Assembly (NCBI GenBank): GCA_013265495.1
Contig: MU058844.1
Span: 2,893,520-2,957,519, forward strand
Source: Vicugna vicugna
Taxonomy: Eukaryota
Direction: 5' to 3'
DNA: 64,000 nt
Shown: piece after piece, positions 50,801-64,000 of the stretch
Layout of the letters: every line of letters starts with the position of its first letter
Position numbering within the stretch: the stretch's first letter is position 1
The notes under the pieces: generated by a model
What the model was told of the DNA's origin: nothing
The model's database searches: none
The model's input: only the letters and a program-made list of their open reading frames with translations
Program-made: the position numbers and the translations under genes

Positions 50801-52774
50801 TCCCTCTGCTTCTTATTTCCCGTGTTTGGCCACTTACCTCTGCCCCATGGTGGGACAGGGCAGAAGAATCCAACATTTGTGCCGCAGCTCAACCAGTTTC
50901 TAGCTGACAAGAAATTAGGGAGTGTCATTTCTAAGAGGAAGCTCAGTGTGAGATTTTGTTCCCCATCTCTCCAATAAGAGTGATTATTCTGGTTCTGCCT
51001 TGCAAACAAGAATTATTCCTTCAAGTAAGTCCAGTGAATTTAAGTAAATTTAAAAAAATCTTTATTCTTCAATCCACCTATTAGGAAGAATTATTTACTC
51101 TCAGTGGGTGGGCGTGTAGCTGTTTAAAAAACAGGCTTGGATAATATTGCTTCTTAGCCAAGTGTCATCACTGTTAACAACTTGGGGGGAAAAAATCAAA
51201 GAGGGTACCAACTGTCACATTTATGGTCCCTCGAAATATTCCCAGACTTGTGTAAATCTACGTATGATTGCATGGCTACTATTGATTTACAAAAGCTTAT
51301 CTATTTTTCAAGCAAATATTAGGGTTCCCACCCATGACTACAACATTGTCAGCTAGGGAAATTCCAGGCAGTTCTGCTGTTTTTCTGAATCTTTCACGAC
51401 ATCTCTGTCAACTGCAGAGCTTATCCATACCTGGCCAATACTTCGACCATCATGAAAATCAAGCATTTAAAACTATAATACACCACAGTTAAAAAAAAAA
51501 AGGGAATCTCATCTCAGCTGGAACTTACTGTGTGTAGTAACCTATATCTGCAATGACTTGTTCTCTCTCCACCTCAGACTTGGAGAATGCCAAAGAAATA
51601 TACATGACAGAGTAAATTGTCTATTATTTCAGGAGAATGGGTGTGCAGACAGAGACTGATCATGCAAGAACAGATGAAGGAAAATCCCATGGATGTTAGG
51701 AGAAGACAGGGGAAGAACTAACCACAAACTGGGCTGAGCAGAGGAGAATGATGGAAGCTGTCGGCAGGGTCTGACATAAGGCAGCAAATTTCCAAGGAAT
51801 AGAAGACATTGTACCTCCCAAGAACAACAGAAAAATAAAAAACAGAAGATGATATTCTAGTGACATGAAGTCAAGCTCCTGATGCTTTAGGGTCCTGTTG
51901 TTCCCCATGACCACTCACCTATTAATACAACACCAAAAATAGAGAAATACAGACCACATTCTTCATCTCCTGTAAGTTGACAAAGCTATTCATCTTCAGT
52001 GAGTGGAGGTCATAGAAAAACCTGATTTTATGAGCAAGAGGAGTCTAGAAATAAACACTCTCAGTTTGCCATTAGCCATTATGAATAGGGTAGCAAAATT
52101 AATTTATTTTAATGTTATACCCAAGAGGCATATGTTTTCCTTTCCGTGTGATTGCAAAAATACTGAACATCCCCTGAGGAAAGAAGTCCTTTTTTAGACT
52201 TCAGGAACAGACAACCCAATTTTCTCTGAGTTTGTTTTTTCTCCTTTAAGAGCGTACTTAATTTGTTAATGCAGGAGTGCATTTGTCACCAATAAAATTC
52301 ATCTTCACTCTATAAACAGGCTGCCTGAAATTAGTCCTGATAGAGGGAAAGCTAGGGGGAGTGTATTCGGTTGCATGTTATGAAAACATAATTCAATGGT
52401 TTAATTTGTAATAGGATTTTTTTACATCCAACTATTGCATAAGCAACAGCGAAATGGATACTGGAAGACCATGCTTCTCGTCACCTTTGCCAAACAATGG
52501 CTTTTATGATTATGGATCCAAAAAGGAACGCGAACTCTTCTTTAGTGGGGGCTTCACTGCTGTCCAAGGGGGCCAGAGGCTGTCAGGGTATATTCCTTCC
52601 AACATTGTTATATATCAACAAGTAGTGAAATTGTGACTATTTGTTAAGAGTTTTGGAAGAAAAAAATGGATGGGACATGGCAGCTGCCGTCGAGGTATGC
52701 ATAACCTGATAGGGACATCCACACCGAGTAAATAACTGCCTCACGAGGCAGAGTGGAGGAAGAGTCAGGAGGGC

Positions 52775-53190
52775 ATTTGGTTAAAATGGGTTTCGTCTAC
52801 AAAGGCCAGAAACCTAAATTAAACTAGCTTAACAGTAAGGAAGTCTGGTGTGATGCAAAAGAGGAAGTACAGAGTTAGGGCAGGCTGCAGGGGTTCACCC
52901 GTGTCCTCCCAGATGCACTTCCTCCTATCACGCCCAAGCTGCCCGTCACAGCATCGCTTCATCCCAAGGCAGGCAGCCTTGCTGGGAGATGGCTGCCAGC
53001 AGCAATCAGAGCAAGTGCTTCTTTGTTCACATCCAGCAGGGGAGAAAGACTGGATTCTTGCTCCAAAACCCTTTCCTAGGATTGCACTGGCCTGTATCGG
53101 AGCTCACGGCTGATAAGAGGGCCGAGGTTGCCCTGATTGACTTAGACTAATCCCTAGGGTATGAGAGAGGGTGGGGAGCCAAAGAGCAGC
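52775..53190 (-). mobile_element. Old MLT1 (K/L-like) LTR
   Basis: agaaacctaaattaaactagcttaaca...gcttcatcccaaggcaggc...gatggctgccagcagc...ctgattgacttagactaatc. Confidence 0.6.
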
Positions 53191-53739
53191 CAACCAGGTG
53201 TGGTGAAGGGCTTAGACCTGATGCAGATCCTGGCTTTCCCAAATCTAGGAGCTTCCTTGGGCCTTGGTGGGTTATCTTGAAGTTCAGAACTGCCAGAAGT
53301 GCAGGCAAGAGGCAACACTTAGTGTGGGGAAAATGTTTTTAAAGCCTCTGAGAAGATGATTCATTATGCCTCTGTGACATTTCTAAATATGGGTAAGAGG
53401 AATACCTCAGTATTCTCCCTTTTTTCCCCAAAGTCAGATAATCATTCTAAAGCAGTTGCCAAGCATTTTTTAAACTGATATTTCTAGCTCCTTCCAAAAC
53501 AGTCTGTCACTAAACTCACCCACTCTGCATAGGAGGGGAGGAGGAGGAGAAGCTGCAGTGGTATTACTTTTTATAGAGACATTAATTCTTCAGTTTTGTC
53601 AGCTTGTGAAGGGTAGTAAGATGCTTTCAACCTTATCATGCCTCTTGTCTGTGGGCATCCTGCCCTATTCTGCGTCCATACCTGGTCCTTGGCACTTAAT
53701 TGTAAGATTGCTTCTTTCATTTTTTAATTTTTAATGTTT

Positions 53740-53965
53740 ACAGTAATCCATGCACTGGTATAAGCTCATTATAGGTGTTATAATCTCATTACAGGCATAA
53801 ACTCGTTTAATTTTCATAACAATCCCCGACAGGAATTATATTATTCTAACTTTACAGGTGTGAAAACTGAGCCACAGAGACACTGAGTAACTAACCCAAG
53901 ATCACACAGCAGTCAGTGGGATTTGAACATAGGCACTCCAGGTGCAGAGTCTGTATTCTTACCTA
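53740..53965 (-). mobile_element. MIR
   Basis: ttcataacaatccc...tttacaggtgtgaaaactgagccacagaga...cccaagatcacacagc...gatttgaacataggc. Confidence 0.8.
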
Positions 53966-54109
53966 TGAAACCACAGAAACTATCAATGTTCTTTACCAAA
54001 CAAGAAGTAAAACTTCAATGATTGATTCAGACATACTTTACGTACTATCAAACATTCTCCAGTTGTAAACTATTTTCAAGTCAAGGGATCCCTCGTTTAC
54101 ATTTAGCCT

Positions 54110-54450
54110 TTGATTTCTTTGTTCATTAAACACCTATTCATTGATCACTCCCATGTGCTCGTCACTATGGTGGGTGCCTGAAGCTAGTCTAGTGAGAGAT
54201 ACAGAAAAATACAACACTATGTAGTAAGAGCTGTAATAGAGGAGGTGACTGGTACCACTGGAGGACAGAAGTCCAACTCCTTCCAACCCAGGGATCAGGA
54301 AAGGCACGTGGATAAGTGGCAGCTAAGTTACATTTTGAAGAATGAGGTAGTCAGGTACAAAGAAGAAGATAGGACCAAAAGAGAGTAACCATGGCCAGGG
54401 AGTGAGGGATACAGCAGGACACAAGGGACCTAAGAAGGGCCGTGCTAACC
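54110..54450 (-). mobile_element. L2 3' fragment
   Basis: tttgttcattaaacacctattcattgatcactcccatgtgc...agggatcaggaaaggc. Confidence 0.6.
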
Positions 54451-56489
54451 AGTTACAACTATTCTAAGAGTAGTGGGTATAACTTGAAGAGTAATCAAAA
54501 AACTTAGATAACAGTATTCAAATAAGTCAATAATTAGGAGAGGAGTATTGTTTCTGAAGAAAAGGTGGAGGGGAAAGGGAAATTAGCATTTGTTGAACAC
54601 CTAATGTCTGAAGGGATAGTGCCAGATGATCGAGCATGCTTTGTCATTCAGGAAGAACATTTCAAATTTTCCCCACTGTGGAGCTCAGAGAAGTAACCTG
54701 CCTATGATCTCAGGGAAGACCTAGAATTTGAAGTTGTATCTAATTTCAAAACCAATACTTTCGTCCCCCACCATCCACCACGAAGACTCCAGAGCTCCTC
54801 CAAGCCAAAGACCAAAAAGGAGAAAGGACTCCTTCCTACAAACCTTCATTCATTTCATGATATGATACTCTCTTTGAAAAAGAATAATACCTGTACGTGA
54901 AAGAGCTTAATATCACTCTGAGAAATTTCTCTGTGATCTTTTAACTATAAGCATCAGAGAATAAAGGAGTAAATATATGAGCAAAATATATTAAGAAGAA
55001 ACAACAACAACAACAAAAAACACTTGATGACCAGCCAGTTTAGAAACTTGATCACCTCCGAAAGTATCTTCTCTGCTTCCCCTGAAAAAGGAAGAATAAA
55101 CACCCCCACCATGCCCCCATGCGTAAAGCTCCCTGGAGCTTCCTCGAGTTGCTCAGGGCATCATTCTGTATATTGGCAAAGTACACTGACCCTAAAGGAT
55201 GTGAGGTCCATTTCTGTTTCTGACAGGGTGACCCTGCACGCCTCGGCTCCTAGCAGGAGAGAAAGCTTCAGGAGAAGAATGCTCATTATTTGCTGAGGCT
55301 AAGTCTTTGTTCGTTATGTTCCCATGAATAACTTAAAGCTGTGTGGCCTCACGAACAGTGGCCCTGACAGGGCTGACATGGCAGCATCATACACCGACTC
55401 CTGATCCACCCTCCCAGGAGAAAATGGAATATTTGCTCATTTCACGTTTCACTAAGGCAGGCTCTTAAACTGTTTATAAGTTGAGCAGAAATTTCCACTA
55501 CTTCAGCTGACACAACTGGCTCTCCCTAGCAACTGATAAGAGAGAGCCTTTAGGAAGCCGACTTTGGCGAAAGCCAGTAGCGATGGGGAGGGGGACAAGG
55601 TTGCTGCCAAGGGAAGTTCTCCTCCAGCAGGCACTGCTGTCCTCCTCATTCATTCTTCCTCTGCACCACTGCAGCGAAGACCCCACATCTACAGCTTATC
55701 TAGAATGGATTTGCCAATAACTCTTTGCACACATGACTGTGGGGAGGTGCCCATGCCTTATCAATGCTTATTAAGGACTCAACTGAAATTGACACTGATC
55801 AATATCACAGTGCCCTTCTTTTTCTGGAATAAGGGCTGTCACCTTTAATTCAGTCCTATCCAATTCAAAACACATTCATTGAGGACCTTCAATGTACTGG
55901 TTCTGGGAATTCAATGATTAATAAAATTCCATCTTTGCCCTCCAAAGGCTTAAAACCTATTAGGGGAGTAGACAAACAGAAAATATTGCCTGAGTTAACT
56001 GTCCTGCCAAAGAAAACCCAAGGAATTGAGGAGGTCACTTAACCCAAGCTGGAGGATGACTTTATTGATAACACATGCAGACCCAGAGCTGTGTACATTT
56101 CTTATCTTATTTAATCCTCACAGTAGCCCTCCCCACGAGGCTAGTCCTATTAGTAACTGAAGTTTTCAGGCCAGGAAACCCAGGTTCAGATAGGTTAAGT
56201 AGATTGTTCAATCTGACAAGCAAGTGGCAGATAAAAAATTCAAACAGCCCAGTCTAACCACAAAGACCATGCACTTACTTATAAAATTGTATTGCATCTA
56301 AACAGCAATTTTCAGAGTTTAATGTTCATGATTATGCTCATTTATTTTTCAAGAAATGCTTGCTAAATTTCTACTATGTTCTGGGCAGTAAAAGGGACAT
56401 TTTTGGGGTGGGACAGTATAGGGTAGTTCTGGACCTCTGGAACTTGCCTTTGAAGATCATCACAGGCAAAGAGTTTTGAATGAGAGCAT

Positions 56490-57310
56490 TCAGTCAATTA
56501 ATTATTCCAGAAATATCTGAAGAATACTGTTTTGTATCAGGCACCATGCCTGATTCTAAGAATATAGAGTGGTCTTAGAAAAAGAAAATATCTCTGTCCT
56601 CCTGGAATTTATATTCAGGAAGAAATGCAAATAAGCACACATTATGTTGAAGGTGGTAAGTGCTATGAAGAAAAGTCAAGTTGAGCAAGGAGCAGAGAGC
56701 AAGGGTGAGTAACTAAGAGGAGAACTTGGCATCTTGAATCACCTGATCAGCAAAGCTTCTCTGAGAATTGGTGAGAATTGGAGGCAAAACCTGAATAGGG
56801 AGAAGAAATGAGTGATGTGGTCACCTGTGTGGAGTCTGTATGGCTGGGCGGAAGCAACAGACAGCGCAAAGGCTCTAAAGCAGGAGCCTATTTAGAGGGT
56901 ACCAGGAATGGCAATAGGGCAGATGACAAAGAGAGAGACTGAGAGCAATAGGAGAGGGGTGGGGAGTCAAAGGACAGATCATCCAGGGCCTTGTTAGCAG
57001 TACACGGAGTTCCCTTTTTCTTAGCGAGGGAAAGGAAATCCACTGGAGAAATTTGAATGGTGGTGGGGAGAGGTGTGTGAGACATACTGATTAACTTTTT
57101 AACCTTATTCTGGACTCTCTGTGGAGAACTGATTATGGGGACAAATGAGTAGAAACAGGAAGCCCAATTAGAAGGTTACACAAGCCTAAATTTGAGATGA
57201 TAGTGGGTTAAAGTGGAAGCAGTGGAGGTTGTAAGGTTGGGGATGTATTTTTCATGATAGTGCTGACAGATGAGATTAGATGTGGGCTGTGAGGGAAAAA
57301 GGAAGAGTGA
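56490..57310 (-). mobile_element. L2 LINE fragment
   Basis: cattcagtcaatt...gtatcaggcacc...ggtggtaagtgctatgaagaaaa...cagcgcaaaggctctaaagcagg...ttagatgtgggctgtgaggga. Confidence 0.8.
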
Positions 57311-57826
57311 ATGCACTTAAATTCCTGGAACAGTGCCTGGGACAGAGTTTGTACTCAAGATGTAGAAAATCTGCCTTCCTCTCTCACAACCCAACACAAC
57401 TTACTTGAGGAAACAAATCATATACATAATTAATTAACACAGAGTTAGTAAGTAGCCTCTATTTGTGTTCAAATAAACCACGGAGAATAATTACTTAAAG
57501 AATTCTGGTTTTATCCAGTGTGAGGGAACTCCTATTCTTGGTAAAAGTGTCTGATACTACTATAGGTAGAACACAGTTCTATTTATTGTAAAACTGAAAT
57601 ATTGCTTTGCAAGAGGTCTCCCATGGAACTCCCCCAAACTAGGTCAGCTCTCCTTGTTACAGCCTCTCCACACTCCTGTATCTTTCTATCACAGCTCTTG
57701 TCAGTTTCAAATTTGGTATATTTGATTAACATTTGCCTCCCCTCAGCTGTCATCCCTTAACTTTGAAACATTTCCCTAGAAAAAATATAGTAGGCATTCA
57801 AAAATATTTGTTGGAAAAATGAATCA

Positions 57827-58325
57827 GCACCCCTATGTTCATTGCAACAGTATTCACAATAGCTGAGATGCAGAAACAACAAACTAAATATTTAGTAGCA
57901 GATGAATGGATAAACAAAATGTGGTATATACATGCAATGGAATACTATTCAGCCTTAAAAAGGGGAGGGAAAGTCTGTAAAATGCAACAACATGGATGAA
58001 ACTTGAGGGCCTTATGCTAAGTGCAACAAGCCAGTCATAGAAAGACAAATACTGCTTGATTCCACTCATATAAGCCATCTAAAATAGTCAAATTAGAATC
58101 AAAGAGTAGAATGGTAGTTGCCAAGGGCTGGGAAGAAAAGGAAATGGAGAGTTACTAACCAACAGGCATGATGTTTCAGTTAAGCAAGATGAGTAAGCTC
58201 CAGAGATGTGCAGTACAACATTGTACCTACAGTCAATAATAATGTATTTTACACTTAAAATTTTGTTGAGTATAAATCTCATGTTAAATGTTTTACCACA
58301 ATAACATAAAAACTTTTAAAAAGAA
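57827..58325 (+). mobile_element. L1MA9-like L1 3' end
   Basis: gcacccctatgttcattgcaacagtattcacaatagc...gatgaatggataaacaaaatgtggtatatac...aaaattttgttgag, followed by an A-rich end. Confidence 0.9.
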
Positions 58326-58839
58326 CAATAAAAATGTTTTTTAAAATTCGTTTTTATTCTTGAAACAGAGAGCAAAAGACCTATGAGGAAAAATAGGGTG
58401 GTGCTTAATAAGTGATGAGTACTTAATTTGATTTTTAAAATTCTGTTTATAATCACGAATTATCCTACTAGTAGTATACAGGACTTGTTTCAGCAGAACC
58501 AGAACTACCACAGAGAAATTGCTTCTTACAAGCCATCTAGGACTGTAGGCAGTGGTAAAAGTTTATGGTTTCATATCAGAGCTTGTGAGATGCATTTGAG
58601 ATTGACTGGGCATTGACTCAGAATAACTGATGTCTACAGCCAGGTACAAATGAAGCGTGTCTCACCAGAATTACAGACGTAGCCGCCTCTCACTATTCTC
58701 CTTGCTTCACCCTTGCCCTCTAAAGAGTATTTTCAGCACAGCAGCCAGAGTGATTCTTTTAGAATATGTCACTCTTTTGCATATCTCCTCATCTCTCTTA
58801 GAATAAATGCCAATATCCTTATATTGGTCTCCAACACCT

Positions 58840-59350
58840 TTATCAGTCAGAGGCCTAGAGGGAAACTAGGTAGCAAAATTAAACTGGTAATTGAGGGGAA
58901 TTTAATAAAGAGACTACTTACAAAGGTGAGGGTGAGGGTTAAGAAGATCAGTCATAGGTGATGCGCTACCCCCGAGGCTAGCAGCAGCGGAGGGCGGTCA
59001 CTGTCTCTCCTCCTCATGGGGCAAGAGGAGACAGCAGTTACCAATTACATGATCCCAGGCAAGTAGCTTCATGGAGAGGGCGGCCTGATAGGAACTGTGG
59101 CCTGTGGGAAAAGAGTCAAGTCACCAGACAGCACCCCTCAGGCAGGAAGCCAGGGAATGAAGTTCCCGGCTTCAGCATTCTCTGGCCCTCAGGTCTTCTG
59201 GCTGTAACCCACACCGGCTAATCCTCCTGGAAGCTTGTAGGCCAAGGAGTTTGCTGATGTGGTCCATACCTGTCTGCCTTCTGGGGCTCAGAACAGGGTG
59301 GAGAAGAGAAAAGAATGGATCTGGAGGAGCAAATGGGAAATGCTCAGCTA
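58840..59350 (-). mobile_element. LTR41-like ERVL solo LTR inserted in L2 (L2 pieces ~58690-58839 and ~59360-59845, + strand)
   Basis: The reverse complement begins ...catttgctcctccagatccattc...ctccaccctgttctgagccccagaaggcagac, resembling the LTR41 5' end as I recall it. Confidence 0.65.
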
Positions 59351-61848
59351 ATGTTCAGTGTGATTTGCCCCTTGCCTCATCTTGGTGCCTCCTGCTGCAC
59401 TCATTCTCACCTCCTTGACATATCTTGACACTCCAGGCACTGTGCAACTTCAGAGTTTTTGTATTTGCTATTCCCTCTGCTTGGAACACTTTTTCCTGCT
59501 ATCTACACAGCACACTTCTCACTCACTTCAAGCTGAAATGCCACCTTCTCCATGTTATGTCCCGGAAAAGCCTGTTTAAAATTACAAACCACCTCCCTCA
59601 ACATCCTAATCCCCTTAACTCTCTTCTACTTTTCCTTTCTCGTCGTTCTTATCATATACTATATCATATGATGTAGGGTTGGGTACTACATTATTGAATT
59701 TTTTCATTACATCTATTGTTAATTGTCAGCTTCCTCTACTTCCTTGCTAGAATATAGCCTCCAAGTAAATGATATTTGGTGTTTGGGGGGGATGAGGGGT
59801 GGGTTAGAACTTTAGCTGATATATTCTGGTGCCTAGAAATAGTGTAAAATAAAACATAATCAAATTAGAGGGAACTAATCAGCTTAAGTGCAGTATTCAA
59901 ATGCTCTCACAAATAGCATGTTGAATTTTGTTTATAAAGACAAGTAGAAGTAAATATCTATGTTAAAACTAAACAGCGCTGCTCTCTTGTCCACCCTCAA
60001 GAGATAGATTAAGGTTGACATTAAGTCTGACCAACTGTTAAATGAATTTCTATCCCTCTGTAAGGTAGCTTTACATAAAACTACCCGTGTGGATGCTCCT
60101 TCTCTTACATTTCATTAAATTAATTCAGTAAATGGTAGTGAGCCAAAGACTACGTTCTCTTGAATCTGATCTCCTTCAGCGAAGGTGGATGGAACCACAT
60201 CAAACTCTGGTTACACCTTTTGAAAATACTAACAACCATCCCCCCCCCAAAAAAAACATAGAGTGAAGTCACTGTCTGGGAGATGCTTAATTGTGCTGCA
60301 AGATAAATGAAATCACACATACAGTATGTAACTGTATATTTTAGTAACTTCTCAAAGAAAGCTAGAGACTTGCAGAGCTTAGAGAGTGTAGAGATCAATG
60401 CAGCACTATCGCTTTGCAGACAAGGAGACAAAGGTTCTGAGAAGTCCAGCAGCTTGGTCCTAATCGCAACGCACAGCAGGCAAGTGGCCTGAGTGAGACG
60501 TAGAACCAAGGCCACCACGTTCCTGGGCCAGGGCTCTTCTCACCATGCGAGTAAAAACTATAAAAATCCAGAGACAAAAGACCTTTGCAGTGATTCTATT
60601 TGTGCATGTCTTCAATTTATACTTAACCAGCATGGAAATATTTAGAACCAAAAGTGTTTATCACCATAAGTGTATGAAGATAGGTTCATTGCACCAAATA
60701 TACATGACTACACAAGGGTAATTTTAAAAATTCCTTTATAAGGACAATTATGTGTCTAATAACCATATAAGGGCAATGAAATGGAAGACAGCAGACCTAC
60801 AGTGAGGAAAAGTACTTTTTATTCAGGCTTCTCACAAATTTAAAACAGGATAGAAGTGGGTAATGATCTCATCTTCCCCATCAGTTCTTCCCCCACAAAG
60901 CAGGGAACTCTAGAGCTGTGCAGATGTACAAATCCTCTAGAGTTCTTTAAATGAAGGCATATTTTTATAGTGTCATCAGTAGCCATAAAAGCTTTGCCAG
61001 TCATATTTATGTGCATAGTGGTAGCATTTTTAAATGTTAGTTCAGACTCTAATAAGAAATTGTAAGTAGGTAGTGTTTAAAAGCAGAGAATTAGTCTTCT
61101 TGAAATATCTAATTTATTTGCAAGCCGAAGGAAAAGCTTCTCAAAGACAATATCACAATATTCCATCTGAAGTCATCCGAAATGACAAAGGAAAAATCTA
61201 ACCAGGGAGTCATCGACCTCATAATAGGAAGGAACTTCCTTTAAATTCCCTATTAAAGGAATATTTTTAAAGTAGGTTAGGTATATCCTTAAAACAAGAA
61301 AGTCTCTTTGGATGTCTGGTTTTTGTTCCCTTCAGGCTATTGTGTCATTCAGCTCAGTTTATCCAATGCACAGGGGTCATGGCTTCGGCGAGGTGATGTG
61401 GGTAGATAAAAGGCCGCTTCTGTAGGTCTTTGCCTTCATACATTTCCACCTCACGCACTTCTTTTACAAGCTCACTCCTTGGATAAAAATCTACAGAATC
61501 AACCCAGAAAATATATGATGCCTTGAAATGCAATGTTTTCTTCTTTCCTTTTCTTCTAATATCATAAACCAGGCGATGATTTTATATGTGTGTAAACATC
61601 AAGAACTTTGTGGCTTATCAAGGTCAGACAATTTAATCTTAGTGGGTTGCTAGTTAGGCAAGAAAGCCATGGGAAGAGGAACAGGTGTCTCTGACATGCA
61701 TGCAGAGGATCCAGGCAAATCAAAATTTCACTTGATTTGGTATCAATAGAAAGAGAAAGCATAAGATCAAATATTGATCTATAGAAGCTCTTACAATTTT
61801 TTCTGCTTTTAGAGAATTAGCCCAATGGACTCCTTCCAACACAAGGGG

Positions 61849-61874
61849 AAAAAAAAATATATATATATATATAT
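61849..61874. repeat. A-run plus (AT)n microsatellite
   Basis: Read directly. Confidence 0.9.
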
Positions 61875-63146
61875 TTAACTGTGCCTTAACTACCTATGAA
61901 GTAAATGTGTTTATTTGAGGGTTTGTTTTCTTGTCACTTTGATTTGTGTTATGATGCCTAGGGCTTTAAAGTGTGGGCCATGGGAGGCTTGAATTTGAAA
62001 TGCCTTTAAGCTTCTATGGAAAGCTTGAACCATTCTTCCAAAAATGTGTGCAATATTTTGATAAACATTTACGGAAAAAAGCATTACAGAAAGTAAAGAA
62101 CAGCATTCCTGAGCTAAACTAAAAAGAAGTGTTTTTAATCAATGGGAAAAGTAAATGCAATTTACTAGCTAAGCTATGACAATTAAAATATAAGTTTCAT
62201 GCAGACAGAGATAATGTCGATACTGTTCATTATTGTATTTCTAATGCCTAGCACAATGTTTAGCCCATTGTAGAGGCTCAATAAATAATGTTTCTAAAAT
62301 AAATGAACACAGTAAATGAAAAAACAGTCTTCCATAGCCAAATAAAAGATCCCCAGAAAATAGAAAACCAGTTCATCAGAAGACATTTCTACAGGATGAA
62401 ACTCTCCTATAAGAACTATTTCCCTTTGTTCTTAATGTGGTTTCACCAAGGAACCACATAGACTGTAATTAGTTCTCCTGAATTGCCATGCTCATAGGGA
62501 TAGTAATTTATAACTGATTACAAATTAATAAATTGGCTTTTTGACACAGGTTAGTTCCATATCCCATGAGTTGTAGACTGTGTGAACAAGCTTTCCTAGG
62601 GTTTCTTCAGAAACCTGACCATGTAGGTTCTTACACTTAAGGAAATTTCACAATTTCAGATAGCAACCTGTAAGCTCTGAGGTAAGTAGCCAGCCTGCTG
62701 TACAATACCATGTAAAAATGTAATTTGTACCTTGTGGATACTACTTTCAAGAGGAAAAGAATGTCATAATTTCAGTGTTCTAATACATTTAGGGAATCCT
62801 GGTCCTCTCGTTTCTCTAAATTTCCACCGTATAAGGACTCGATAAATATATATTTGATTATCAGTAAGACTTGTTAAAACACGAATTTCATGTCATCACT
62901 ATAATCTTTCCTTGAAGTTGAACTTATCTTAGGGAAAAAAATAAGAAAGAACTTTTTTTCATCATAAATCCCTGTTGAAATCTACCCTAACTGCATACAT
63001 GCATGCATGCAAGAATTTATTCTTTCATTCAACCAATATATTTGATGTGTCTGTGGGCACTTAGTTAGCTTCTGTTATGTTAGTAAGCATACTGTGGTGA
63101 GGGGGATGTTGGTTAGTGACAGTTTCTTTGATCAATTCTGGCTAAA

Positions 63147-63547
63147 TGTAGTAGCTTGCTAGAGATACTGTAACAAAATACCACACACATGGTAGCTTAA
63201 ACAACAGAAATTTATTGTCTCACAGAGCTGGAGGCTGGAAGTCCAAGCTTAAGGGGCCAGCAGTGTTGGTTTCCTCCGGGGCCTCTTTTTGGCTTGCAGG
63301 TGGTTGCCCTCTTGCTGCCTCTTCATGCGTTCATCCCTCTGTGGACGTGCATCCCTCATGTCTCTTTGATGTGTCCAAATTCCCTCTTATTAGTTTACCA
63401 GTCAAATTGCATTAGGGCCCATCCAAATGGCCTCATTTTAATCACTTCTTTTAAAGACATATCTCCAAATACAGTCACACTCTGAGGTACTGTGGGTTAG
63501 GGTTTCAACATATGAATTGTAGGGTGGACACAATTCAGTTCATAACA
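63147..63547 (-). mobile_element. MLT1B-like MaLR solo LTR
   Basis: TG...CA termini with TSD ctaaa/ctaac. gcttaaacaacagaaatttattgtctcacag...tctccaaatacagtcacactctgaggtactg. Confidence 0.9.
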
Positions 63548-64000
63548 CTAACATAATGCTTTATGAACATGGGGTAGTATAAAGTATTTACTGGAGATGT
63601 AAGCTTGGAGAAGCAGTGATAGAGGAAGTACAGAGCAGAGTCGTATCTGTATGAATTAGGTAGGAGAGAGTAGAAATTAATGAAGGCAGTCATGATTGAA
63701 TGAAATATCATGTTGGAAGAAAGTGACCAATACAGGCAAAGTTAGCTGTGCCTTAAATACCATGGTAATCCCTGAAGGAACACTGGATCATCAAATGTGG
63801 ATATGTTTCTACCTTCGTTTTGTATAAACTAGCCCATTTCCCAAGTACAGATGGATTTACTGAAAAACTAATGAGGCTCAACTTCAGTGCCCCTCAAGGG
63901 TCTTCCTAGGGCCATTGATCTAATTTCATATTCATAATTTTTTATTATTTTTTTAAGAGGATCTTGGACTCCATGTAATCTGAATCTGTTTCTGATTGCA

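Noticed and set aside
55208..55300. Acceptor-like tttctgtttctgacag with a CpG-containing downstream segment
   Set aside because: No matching consensus donor and no recognisable protein similarity.

Overview
Mammalian non-coding DNA, either a large intron or intergenic. It is most likely camelid (Camelus/Vicugna/Lama), judged from a tRNA-derived Vic-1-type SINE at 38303-38450 and cetartiodactyl-type L1, Tigger and ERV1 LTR fossils. No protein-coding gene is recognisable: the short ORFs supplied fall in repeats or low-complexity DNA, or look random. The window is AT-rich and CpG-poor, and dominated by decayed transposable elements (L2, MIR, L3/CR1, L1, MaLR MLT1 LTRs, ERV1/ERVL solo LTRs, MER2/Tigger, hAT MITEs). 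Between them lie repeat-poor blocks that look like conserved enhancers. The most notable observations are a MIR>MER2>ERV1-LTR nested insertion, a long CR1 ORF2 fossil with readable endonuclease motifs, an internally deleted MLT1 provirus with a target-site duplication (TSD), an unexplained exact 22-bp direct repeat 1766 bp apart, and a 45-nt frame-preserving candidate exon. I found no convincing evidence of a novel biological system. Repeat subfamily names come from recalled consensus sequences and need RepeatMasker/Dfam confirmation.
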